Assembly (NCBI GenBank): GCA_000004985.1
Contig: GG738853.1
Length of the DNA: 64,000 nt
Strand: one strand, 5' to 3'
Origin: Naegleria gruberi
Lineage: Eukaryota
Part shown: piece by piece, positions 28,890 through 40,528 of the stretch
Position numbering within the stretch: position 1 is the first letter of the stretch
Layout of the letters: the number at the start of each line of letters is the position of its first letter
The notes under the pieces: generated by a model
Database searches by the model: none
What the model saw: only the letters and a program-made list of their open reading frames with translations
What the model was told of the DNA's origin: nothing
Translations under genes and position numbers: made by a program

Positions 28890-30646
28890 TTATTCTTGTT
28901 CTTCGGCATCATAAATTTGAGGTCTAGATGAGGATTGTTGTTCTCTTCTCAACTTGAGAGTTTCATCATATCTCTTCTTTTCTTCAAGATATTTACTTTC
29001 GAAAATGTTGAGTTTGATTTCTGTCACTTGTTCCATACATTCCCTAATTTCTTGGAGGACATTATTCTTGACCTTCTTCTTAGTATTTACTGTTGGTTCC
29101 AACTTTTTGATAAGCTTTGTAAGAACCTTTTCTTGAACCTTATCATCCTCCCAATCAAAGTAACCAGAAACAACTATTTCAAGTCAGTTATCAATCAATT
29201 AAATAAAAACTTACATTCAGAGTAAAGCTTATTTGTTTCCTTTTGGAGTGGGAGAACACCTTGAGCAAAATATTCCTTCTTGGTTGGATACTTTTCTCTC
29301 AGTTCTGTTCCCTTTTCAATTATCTTTTGACAGAATGAATTCAATGCATTCCAAAAGTTACTGACGAAATCTTCCAACTCAGTTTTCATTTCCTTAGTTT
29401 GCAAATTACTTTGAATGTCATCTACGGTATTTTGCAAAACAGCCCACCAAATATCAGTGTCTGAAATCTTCTTATTATCAGTTTTGCAAGAGTGGAGTTC
29501 GAGATACCAACTACATTTGATTTTGTACATTTTTCCAGATGGTTCGAATCTAATGACGAAACCTTCAATTCCAATTTGTTCCTTGATGAATTTCAGCACA
29601 TTTTCCAAATTTGTTTCAGAATTCAAACTTGCAAGTGGTTTCGTGTATTCTACGCCGAATTCTTCGCATGATCTTCTAGTTTCTTCATAGGAAACATAAT
29701 GACCATCATAGTTATTTCTGATGCCAAGTAACACTAATGAAGTGTGGTCATATAATAATACAATTTGGTTTTGAGGAGAGACCAATTCAAAGATTGGACT
29801 GTATCCCTTCTTGATCCAATAAATGGAAAATTCAATGAATGATTTAAACTTTCCTGTATAACTATCTGATAATCTGTATTCATCATTTGACATATCAATA
29901 ACTGGGAATTGTGACGCATCATTACTTCCATAAATAAATGCTTCTGCTAATTTTGATGGATCAGTAACCCAACCCATTTTAGTTCTAAATCTCAAAAGTC
30001 TCTTGTTGGCATCATTCAAACTTGGTTCTTTTGCAAGAATTGAACAAACCATAGTACCGTCCTATAATGAAATTATTTAAATAATTAAAATATTAAAGTG
30101 ACATACCATCTTATCTAAAATAATGTGATTTTCAGTAAAATCAATTGAAGTTGGTTCAGTTTCTGGTTTTTCACCAACATTGAAAAACTTTTGTAAACCT
30201 CTTGATGCACAAGCTCCGGTTTCCAAGTCATAACATACTCCTCTGCATTCTCTCGCAAACAAATAGGCAGCTCTTCTAATTTCACTAATTTCGTCATCCA
30301 ATTTTCTTTCTGACAAATCTCCAAAAGTAAACCATGTCATGTAATTGTAATTGAAAAAGGCCATATTATTTTCATGTTTTTCAACATATGGGAATGGTTG
30401 CTTCAATGCTTCCAAATCATTCCTTACAATTTTCAAAGCAGTTCTCAGATCTTTAATATCATCAAGGAGAGGAAATAATCCATGAGTTTTACTCAAAATA
30501 GATTCCAATCTTGATTGTTCCACACCAGCCAATAATTGTTCCTTTGTAACTTTTGGCAGTGCATGGAAAGGATTAGCCTTTGGTACCACTTCGGATGTTG
30601 TTGATGATGATGGCACAGATGTTTCTGCTGATGGTTGTTGAGACAT
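28890..30646 (-). CDS. ATP-dependent RNA ligase-like nucleotidyltransferase (KxDG motif I, EGFVIR motif IV, KMYKIK motif V) with N-terminal domain and C-terminal extension; join(30646..30107,30061..29215,29173..28890), ~556 aa
   Basis: Three track ORFs (30077..30646, 29195..30052, 28890..29102) join in frame across a 45-nt intron GTATGTCACTTTAATATTTTAATTATTTAAATAATTTCATTATAG (30062-30106) and a 41-nt intron GTAAGTTTTTATTTAATTGATTGATAACTGACTTGAAATAG (29174-29214). Both track stops sit inside the donor sites. The spliced protein has ...TENHIILDK-MDGTMV (K-x-D-G, lysine at about residue 182), then IEGFVIRFEPSGKMYKIK. This is the covalent nucleotidyltransferase signature of RNA/DNA ligases. Motif I lies after a ~180-aa N-terminal domain, as in the Naegleria NgrRnl (Rnl5) type. 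Confidence 0.6.
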
Positions 30647-31223
30647 TTTTTGTATTTTAAGTTCACGTCTTTACCGGTGCTCGGTAATGGTTTTATTGAT
30701 ATGTGATTCACTTCTGCAAGTTGTAAATTGAATATCATGATGCACAATTCACAAACGGCTCCAACCTGAAGGACTTCATTTTCAAATCAATACACAAATG
30801 GAAAAAGGGTAAGGTTTCTGTGGTAATTATTCGAAATTAACAGAGTTTAAATAATGTATCCTCTGATCAGATTAACACGGTAAATCATTGGAAATGAAAC
30901 TGACCAATATTTGTCTACTATTTTAATGGATACTCTGTTGCATCATTGGTAGCTTCCAGCCAATAAGTACAGTTTAATAGGTGGTTCAAAGATTCGAATA
31001 AGACAAGCAAAAGCTAAAGAAATCCACAAATAAAAGACACAGCACTAATACTGATACGCTATTAATGAACGTTCTTCAGTATTGAATTGGAATTTCTTAT
31101 CCATCGATGTCTAGATATTATTCAGTCTAACGTAAGACTTTCATGAGTCAAAAATAAAAAACTCTTGCTAAATGAAACATTAATTCATTATCAACCAATT
31201 CTTGGGAGTTTTTCGTAGTCGCA

Positions 31224-33644
31224 ATGCACCCGATTTCGGAGATGATTTTTAAAATTATTCAACTGCTAAAAATGAAACAAGAGCCTTCATCCTCAACGTT
31301 GCTTGTTGCATCATCACCTACATTGTCGGATTCGTGCTCTCTTGGAGGTGAAGCCTCTTCTGCAGTAACAAGATTGGATGGAGAAGAGTTGAAGAGTCAA
31401 AGTGATAATAATTTTCTTGTTGATGGCTCGGGTGATGGTAATGAAGAAGAAGAGGATGAGGTTGTTGTGGTCCGAAGAATGAAGAAGAAAAAGAAAAATT
31501 CAAATAGATCCTCTTCGTCAACATCGCCTATTAGTGTTGCATCATCGGATGAAATTGGAGAGGAAATTAAGAAAATGAGTATTGATGAAAAAGTTAGCAA
31601 GACATTGTTGAGTGTTTCGAATCATGATGAAGAGGCAGGCTTCACTTGTCCTTCATTGTCGAATTCTCCACCATCATATGCATTGTCACCAATGAAAAAT
31701 AGAGTAGTTTCATCAAATGATGGTGTAAATGGAGATATTCGTTGTACAACAAGATGGATTGATTGTTTGATGGTTGCTACATTTGACATTGAACTTGGAC
31801 AAAAAATTCATCAAGTATATCCTAGTGACTATCCTATTTCTCAATCTCAATTATCAGATATTGGTAGTGTATCTTAATATTAATATTGATCGTTAATTTA
31901 TTAATATTTGTGACATTTCGAATAGCATATCTATCATTTCCCGATGGAAATAATCAAACTTCAACCTCAGGAGCATCATCAGAAAAGCCAACTACATGCA
32001 CCTGGTCATTTAGGACGAGTGACGACCTTTTTGGTTATGTACATTTTTTACAACAACAAGATTCAACTGTAAAACGAGGTTGTTTAATGACTTCAGTCAT
32101 TCTTCTAACCAAATATCCTTTCATCAAATTGTACAGATACATGGTTCAAAAAATTGCCATGAACTACTTTTCAGAAGTTGAGAAACAAAAACAAACAAAG
32201 AAAAACTCATCAGAATCAGTTTTGAGTGCTTCTAACATTTTTGCACAAGTTATGAAGCAAGTGAACAATTGGGTTCTTCCTAATGTAGATTCTCAATATG
32301 AATTGTCATTCTTTGAACAAAAGATTAAGTATAGATCTCCTCTATTTATTCCTTCATCTCAATCTTACCAAAATAAGATAAATCAATTGAAACCAAGAGA
32401 AGGAGGTGGTGTTTCATCCGTTACTCCTCTAAAGGAGAGATTATTAGGAAGAAAGTATCCATATCAGCAGGAGGTGAATGTATATAGGAACTTTATTAGT
32501 CATAGTTTGGAATCACTCGCTAAATTTTGGGAATTAGTAATAACTGGCGAACCTATACTAGTTTTGTCTCCAACACCTACACAATGTTGTGTTTCAGTTT
32601 TTTCACTTGTTTCAATGATTGCTCCAATACCGTACGGAGGCGATGTAAGACCATATTTTACTGTACATAATCAAGACTTTAAATACTTCTCTCAAATGGG
32701 AGGTCACCAAGGTTTCACATCAGCAATCGTTGGTGTGACCAATCCTTTCTTTGTTAAGGCCTATGAAAATGTAAGTAATATATCTCCCAATTCAAATATA
32801 TAATGAAATAATTCTATAGTGGCCACATATTATCACAGTAGGAAAGCAACACAATTCCAGTCCAGTGAAAAAATCAACCTCACCGCCAAGTACTTTCCAA
32901 AGTGCATTCTCAGCCAACAAAATTGTATCCTTCTTCACTAATGTTGACAATGAATCAAACGAAAGAAAACAGTTAATGTGGGACTATAAGGAAACATTCT
33001 TATCTAAGAAAAAGTCATTTATTGTAGATGATTTGGACATGTCAGGTATTAAATTATTAACTGAGGACATTAACGTTAGTGACAGAAGCTCTGCTGACAG
33101 TCTCAATAATGACCAAATTAGAAAATTCTTTGAACAATTGACCGAAGATTTCCTACACCCAATTCATCAATGTTTTGATACACTTGTTTGTTCCATGAAA
33201 ACTTTCATTGTACGATCGGAGCATGCAAAAGTTTTCAAGACTGAGAAATTTATCAACTATATCAAAAAGAATGGATATAATGAAAAGGTTTTCAAGGCCA
33301 AAAAGTCAGATGTATTTGAAATGTATAAGAGATTTGTCTACTCAACCAATTTTAAATCATTCATGGAACATAGATTAAGAGAAGCTTATGTAAATGATGT
33401 ACAACATACAGATATTGATGAATTTTTAAAGAATGAAAAATTCTCAGAAATTGACCTTATTGACCTCTTCCTACAAATCAAACAAGACTTGGAAGAAGAA
33501 ATGAAAACCTACGATGATGATGTCATTGTAACTCGTCTACAAGTTTTCCTATCTCAAATTCTTAAAAGATTACCAGATACTCTTAAATTGCATTTAGAGA
33601 GACAATTGAGTAATATGGTTGAAGACTTGAAAGATAGCTTTTAA
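31224..33644 (+). CDS. DENND6 (FAM116)-like DENN-domain protein; join(31224..31863,31926..32770,32820..33644), ~769 aa
   Basis: Three track ORFs join in frame. Intron 1 is ~62 nt (GTAGTGTATC...TTCGAATAG); an alternative donor 3 nt downstream is equally in frame. Intron 2 is 49 nt (GTAAGTAATATATCTCCC...TTCTATAG), with the track stop inside it. Conserved DENND6 blocks are present (VATFDIELGQKIHQVYP...YLSFPD; KAYEN-WPHIITVG). There is an S-rich acidic N-terminal extension. Confidence 0.65.
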
Positions 33645-33780
33645 AAATCCAGAATAATCTATCAAACGCGCCATTCACTGAAGGAGATAACTAACCTTCC
33701 AATTTTGAATTAAAATTTACAGTTTTTCTAAATAAGCGTCCACCATTTCCTTTAAGGATTGCACAAACGTTCCAAAAAAA

Positions 33781-35735
33781 ATGAGTAAATCCAATGAATA
33801 TACCGAAGACGTTTCATTGGAGGCCATGAAAAACATTAATCCTGTATTATTTGATCTGATTGTGTGTAACAGTACGAGGGGGTCTAGGATTTCGGAATTG
33901 AAAAAACTTCTTAATTATGATACTAGTAGGACTTCATCAGCACCTAAATATATTGAAAAATCACCCCTTACTCATCGTACTATGGAAAGAAAGAGAAAAG
34001 CTGAAGGAAAACTACCCGAATTAAAGCTTGATGATAGTGGCACTTTCATAACGGGGATACAAAACAATGAATCAAAGAGTAAATCAAAAGACAGGAGTGT
34101 TAGTTGTAATGATCAATTGAGGGAATCTTTGATGAGGGAAATAACTCCTCCTTTCAAGGCTAGGAAAACAAGTAAAACATCAGAGGATACAAGGAGAAAA
34201 CCAACACAGGATGTTATTGAAATTGCAATGTCTAACTATACGGAACAGGAAAATATCAAACTAACTAAATTGATGAACATTTATGACAAGAAGCAAATAT
34301 CAGAAATTAGAGCAAGTCCTGCTCTTGTAAATATTTTGAGATATATCGAGGAAGCCAAGACACCTAGGGATAGGAGTTTGTTTTGGGAGGATTATGAATA
34401 CATTCAGAAAATGATTGTGGAAGAAAGGGAACCATTCTCAACCAAGAAGGAGAAGGAAAAGAAGTTGACAACAACTAAGAAAATCATTCCAAAGAAAACT
34501 GTAAATTTTAAAGAGCATACTCTAGAACCAATTAATATGTTTGAAAGAGATTTACCAAAAGCACTTCGACAGAGAATTACTGAAATTAAAAACAACCCTG
34601 CCTTTATGACAAAACTGGAAGAAATTAAAAGAAGTAAGAAGAAAAATTTACCAATTATTCAAGAGGAGGAACATAATGATGATCATGATTCGAGAGGGGA
34701 TGAAGGATTGGAGGAAGGAGCTGAAGATATTCCATTCCTGGGTCCTATTGGAAATAACGAGATTTCAAATATTATTTTACTGTTATTGAAAAAGGAAAGA
34801 ACTATTCAGTTGTTTGATACAGACACGAGGAATGATTTTTATGTGTTTTTGGATCAAAGTAGACTCCATTTTTGGCAATCCTTGGTTCTAAGGTCGAATT
34901 TTGTTCAGAATTTGCATTCCAAGTTCAAATCAAACAGAGAACTCGGTAACACGAAACAAACGGAAGCTCAAAAACCAAAAGAATTGGAAAAATTCTCTAG
35001 AAAGTATGTAATATTTCAATCTTGAATATTCTAACACTTTTTAGTCAATACGTGGCAAGAATGTTGTGGAAAATTAACAGAAAGAAAATTGCTGCAGAGA
35101 TTATTAGGAGGAGTTTTATTAGTTTCCTGGATGCCAAACTAGTGTACAAAGCAATGCAAAAACTGAGAGCAAACATGACGACTTGTAGGGATATGATTAG
35201 ATCCTATTTAGAAATTAAAAAAGCGAGATTATTACTTTTGAGATTGCAATTTCAAAAATTGGAAGGTTCTGTAAAGACAATAACCATGGCCAGTTTGATG
35301 CAATCAATCTTAAAGTCTAGGAATAGTACAAACAAGATTCACTTGGATGGTGAAATGAGAAAGGAGTACATTAAGCTTCATAAGGCAGTAAGACATGCTC
35401 ACGACCAAGGCAGACATACACCAAGTCCTGAACCATTCAGAATGTCTCCTAGCCCTGAACCGAAAACCCACGATCAACATCACAAAAATCTGCAACATCA
35501 TGAAGAGAATATCAGTGCAGTTCCACTTGAAGTTGTAAATCGAGTGCTGAAAGAAGATTACGTGATAAGAAGACAATTATTTATGAAACAGGTATTCGAT
35601 AGTACAGAAAAACAATATTTCAAATGTCTTCTCGATTCTGAAAGAATGTATCAACTTGTTGTAATTGCAAGAACAAGAGCAGCTTCAATGCTAGAGAAGA
35701 AGAGAAACTCTGTCTACCTCAGTGCTGAACAATGA
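33781..35735 (+). CDS. hypothetical basic protein with IQ-like motif; join(33781..35003,35045..35735), ~637 aa
   Basis: A 41-nt intron, GTATGTAATATTTCAATCTTGAATATTCTAACACTTTTTAG, joins ...ELEKFSRN to QYVARMLWKINRKKIAAEIIRRSFISFLD (IQ-like) in frame, and the track stop is inside the intron. A weak GGCGCG motif lies ~110 bp upstream (33664-33672). Confidence 0.45.
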
Positions 35736-35823
35736 ATGAAAATAATACTAATATATTTATTGATAATTTAACAAGTGTTTTAAAAGTGTGTTAATAAAAC
35801 TATATTTACACAGATCATTAAGA

Positions 35824-38800
35824 TTAGACTGAGGTAACTTGAACAAGTGTTTGGGAAGAACTGACAGAATACTTTTCAAGAAGAGCAGTTGGATATTCAC
35901 CACCTTCGAGAACTCTATACAAGTAAGTATCATAAACTGTCTTATCCCATTGGTGACCAGTAATACCACCTGGTACTAGAATCTTTGGTTTTATCGAAGA
36001 ACTTGATGCAACACTGTTTGCACCCAATACAGCATATTGTTGGAAGTAGAATCCTTGATTGGAGTAGAATCTTGGAGAGTAGTTTTCATCGAGACCAGTG
36101 GTAGATGAAGTTGAAGTAGAAATATCTGGACGAACTGGAGCAGATTGATAAATTGTAAATTCACCACCAGCAACAGAGTATGTAGAACGAGTACAAGCAC
36201 AACTGTAACTTCCATCTTCAGAGAAGTAGTGAGAGAACTTCTTTTCATAAATGTTACCCAACTTTGGATCACCATACTTCTTAATGACACTTTGTAATGC
36301 CTTAGCAGCATAGAGATCGCAAGCAGTTTGATCAGCAGCTTGACCAGTAACACCATAGATAGTGCTCAAAGCCAAAACACAAGATTGAATATTTCTATTT
36401 TGAGTATCAGATGAAATAGTTTCACTAGTGACAGTTGTTCCATTCTTAGAGTAGACATAGTTTGGCAAGAAGGCATCTCTGACGAAAATTGGATTGTCCC
36501 AATAAGCAACACCAGTATCAGAAGCAGCAATTCTACTCAATTCATAGTACCATCTTTGAGCAATTGGAGCTTCAGATGAGCTTGAAGTGAAACTACCATC
36601 CCATGCCAACAAAAGTTTACCAATTGATGAAGAGGAAATGTCAGAGTAATAATTGACAGACTTGGTCAACAATGGCATCAAATCTTCAGAGAAATAAACG
36701 TTAACTTGATCCTTAATGAACTTCTTAAGATCAGCTTCAAGGAATGGAGTTGTTGTAGAACCATAGTATGGAGAAATCAAATCGTTCAATCTTCTAGCTC
36801 TATAACTGTGACCAAAATCATAACCAAAGTTATAACGATAACCATATCCAACTGGTTTGTTGTTTGCACTGACAAAGTAATCCTTACGAGCAATGAAAGC
36901 TCTAAAGTTAACAAGAGCAGCATTGTAACCAGTCCAGACTTGATTATTTGAGGCAGGGAACAAACCAGAGTGACCAGTTGCTCTAATTGGGAATCTACCA
37001 ACACCAAAGTAAACTGGATAAGCAGCAGTAAACATGACCAACATGTTCATTGGTGGATTGTGGAAATTGTTAACAGTCAAAGTATTGAAAGTAGCCAAAG
37101 TAGTTTGTTGCCAAGCTTGAGTAATCCAATTCATGGTCAAATCAACATCAGAGAGGGATGTCCACTTTAATGCCAATTGAGCACCGCTCTTCTTCAAAGT
37201 ATCTGGAAGAATATCAGTCATGATTGGACCATAAACAGTTGAACGAACAGTGATAGTAACAGCAGATGCACCCTTAACATTGATAGTTTCAGTTCTGGTA
37301 GTATATGGAAGAGTAGCTCCATTAGCAGCATAGTTATTTGATGAACCATCATCCTTAATAATGTACCAATCCATACAGTCAGCATACATATTTGATGTAG
37401 TGAAGGTGTTAATTGAGGAACGACCTTCAATCAAACCTGGAATACCTGGAATAGTTGGTCCCATTGAGGAATAAGTAGAGGCAGTTGTCTTGAACTTGAG
37501 TTTAGCAACATAGACAGGATTAGGAACTTGAGTTCTGAAACCTTCACCCTTTGAAGAAACATAGGCAGAAGATGAAGCAGACAATGCAGTACCAAATAAG
37601 TAACCACCAGCACCAATCCAATCACTGTTTTGTTTGAGCATTGTTGTGAGAGGATCGAAATATAAGAGCAAATCATCAACACTGGCAAATTTAGGAGCAG
37701 TATAGGAAGTACTAGTTGATTTAGGAGAAGTAACACCAATATTTGATTGAGCATTGATGTTATTCAATCTGTCTTGAGTTAAACTATCGAGTTCAGTTTG
37801 TCTATAAATATTTCTCAAAGAAACTGGAGTATCCAATTCAACAGGAGTGAAAGAAGCAAAACTAGAATTCAAAGGAGTCATTGGAACTAGATCCATAACA
37901 CGATCCATACTCAATTCTTTAACAGTTGCCAAATAGAAACGTAAAATTTCCATATTAGCATTACCACTGTTAATGAATTGCCACAACTTTAAAACAGCCA
38001 TTGAATCATAAATAGTCCAATCAGCAATATCGTATGAACCCAAAGTGGTTTCAAAGGCCTTATTTGAAGAACCATATCTTCCCTTATAATAATTAACACC
38101 AGCTGCATATCTTGAAACAAAAGTTTGAGTGTCACTAGTTAAATTAGTATAATGAGAAACACCATAATTATATAAACTCAAAGTTCTCATATACTTGTCA
38201 CAATATAAAGCTCTGTCTCCGACAATTTCACTCAATTGACCTCTAGCAATTCTTCTATAATAATCCATTTGGAATAATCTATCACGAGCATGAGCAAATC
38301 CTAAACCGAAAGCAACATCTTCAATATCTGATCCAGTAATATGTGAAAAACCTTCAGAATCTCTTTCAATGACAATTTTATCACCCTTCACAACAATATC
38401 TCTCAAAATGGAAATGGTTTCTTGCACAAGTGAAACATGTTGTTGATGATATGCTGCTGCAATTGCTGTCAAAATTAAACACATACAAGTTGCCAACAAG
38501 ACAAATGTTGCCAAAGTAACATAACCAACAATTTTTAAATATTCAAGAGTTGTTCTAGAAGCTTGAACATCGGATGGAAGTGCTGCTTGTTCAACAGCAG
38601 GACTATAAAGAGTATATCATCATTGTTATGTTATTGAATATATCATAATTGTCATGTTATTGAATATATATATATCAGATTGAATATGAATATGAAGGAG
38701 AATTCAAAGTTATCAAATGTGAGTGTGTGTATTCATCATCATATTCATCAATATAATTATTATGAGAGTTGAAATTAAAATTGTTGTTGTGGTGATGGAA

Positions 38801-39147
38801 ATTGTGTTCAAGAATAGAGAGAGAGAAAATATCAAATATATTTGATTATAATATAGAGGTGTGTGTGTTAATTTTCAAAATATATATTGTTGAAACTATT
38901 CACATTCACATTCAAAACACACTTACATTTTAAAGTATTTAATAGCAAATATTAAATAGATAACAACAGGGAATGCCAAAAAGAATGGCACTGTGACTAA
39001 AAAGACAAATAACCAATATCCAGGACAGAATCTAAAAACTGTACCAGCATCAATGACTGGATAAATCCACAACAATAAATTGATTAAAATCAAGAAAACT
39101 AGACAGATGGCATAGGGCCTGTATAGTTTGTAGTGCAACCAGGCCAT
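35824..39147 (-). CDS. penicillin amidase / acyl-homoserine-lactone acylase family (Ntn-hydrolase, PF01804-type) protein with separate N-terminal 2-TM exon; join(39147..38927,38602..35824), ~999 aa
   Basis: The main exon carries the penicillin-acylase N-terminal signature (DIEDVAFGLGFAHARDRLFQMDYYRRIARGQLSEIVG) and a candidate self-processing nucleophile (…NTFTT-SNMYADCMDWY). The track start 38514 is a TTG. The frame is open upstream to an acceptor CTCTTTATAG at 38603. Exon 1 (track ORF 38923..39147, ATG at 39147) encodes two hydrophobic helices and ends AIKYFK+'at' at a GTAAGT donor. Phases match across a 324-nt AT-rich intron (38603-38926) that contains (CA)n/(CT)n microsatellite stretches. 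Confidence 0.7.
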
Positions 39148-39672
39148 TTGTTAATGATGGGTTGGTTGGGTTTTTGACTAGTTTTTTTTTGTGAAGTGGT
39201 TTTGATGATTGATGACTGGTAGCGTGTCAATGTCATCTGTTATAATTTAAGGGATGATGTTTTGAGAACGTTCGAATGTAATAACGGTAAGAGAAAGTGG
39301 GTTTCGTTCTCCCTATTCGAATCCTAAGGAAATTGAGTCAAGTTGACAGGTTTGCTGGTCGCGTTTCTTCTTCGCATTAATAAAGAGATCTTCAATAATT
39401 TTCAAATACTAGTATTTGTAAGCATGCCACTTGTCAACAATTGGTTTCCACTTGAGTAATGAATGTCAACTGTTATTTGAATGATTCGAAACTGACTCAT
39501 TCGAATAGCTTCGTTCACATGTCATCTACAAGAATCTCAATACTAATTTACAATAAATAACATTGTTTTTCTACAGCATTCTCATTCTTATTCATTCTTA
39601 TTCAATATCTATTACAATAAACATTAACAATAATAATGAGGTAAATTCTGCAATGGTGCATTCAAAATAAAA

Positions 39673-40224
39673 ATGGAACAAGACAATCTTCACAATTCAA
39701 GCACCACCACACAAAACAATTCAACTCATTCCAATGATGATGATGATATTTGGGGAGAGGAGGAATTTAGAGTGGACGGACAAAATGATTCCAAGAGTTA
39801 CGATCAATATGTTGCTTCTTTGAATTTCGATCGTATGAGGGATACTTTTGTTACATTGGGAATAAAGGATGGTGTTTCCGAAGGCCTTGATGAGGCTAGA
39901 CAAGTCTATTTTGAAAAGGGACTCGTTGGAGGTATTAGAGAGGGTATTGTTTGTGGTTTTCTTATTCAATTGATGAGTTTGGAAGGATTAATAGATGAGG
40001 AGAAGAGGAACAAGATGAAGAGTGAAAGTGTATTGTGGAAGAAGGAAAAGATGGATCGAGTGATGGAGATGATTCTATCATCAGAGAAGAAGGTTGTTGC
40101 AGATTGTGATGATGGTGAAGGAATAGAAGATGAAGATTTGAGAATGATTCGGGAGGTTATTGAAAAGCATACTGACCACATTGAAATGTTCAAAGCAACC
40201 TACGAAAGTATTCTTCGTCACTAA
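39673..40224 (+). CDS. Yae1-like deca-GxxxG motif protein (183 aa)
   Basis: DDDDIWGEEE followed by GIKDGVSEGLDEARQVYFEKGLVGGIREGIVCGF (consecutive GxxxG repeats) is the Yae1/Lto1 N-domain pattern. Confidence 0.5.
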   Translation: MEQDNLHNSSTTTQNNSTHSNDDDDIWGEEEFRVDGQNDSKSYDQYVASLNFDRMRDTFVTLGIKDGVSEGLDEARQVYFEKGLVGGIREGIVCGFLIQLMSLEGLIDEEKRNKMKSESVLWKKEKMDRVMEMILSSEKKVVADCDDGEGIEDEDLRMIREVIEKHTDHIEMFKATYESILRH

Positions 40225-40528
40225 GATTTGTTGTTTTAATTGTGTTTTTCATTCACGAGTTTGAAAAGAAGAACAATTATATTGTTAAAGAAGGCTGGGA
40301 AGAGTTTCAAGAATACTATCTACCACACACGACTAAGTAGAATATATTAATTCAAAACAACTGTATTATGTGAAGAGTTGAAGTATTAACTTTCATTGAA
40401 TAAATAACTTGAGAGTGATGTCATCAATTACATCACCACCATCAAAACAACAATTAAAATCATAATAATCAAAATATCCGTCACTTGCAACCATCAATGA
40501 GTAAATAATATTAAAATATTTATTAAAA

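Noticed and set aside
39305-39330. ctattcgaatcctaagg resembles a tRNA T-loop (GGTTCGAATCC)
   Set aside because: The flanking 5 nt cannot pair to form a T-stem. No acceptor or anticodon arms can be drawn on either strand. TTCGAA is simply over-represented in this promoter.
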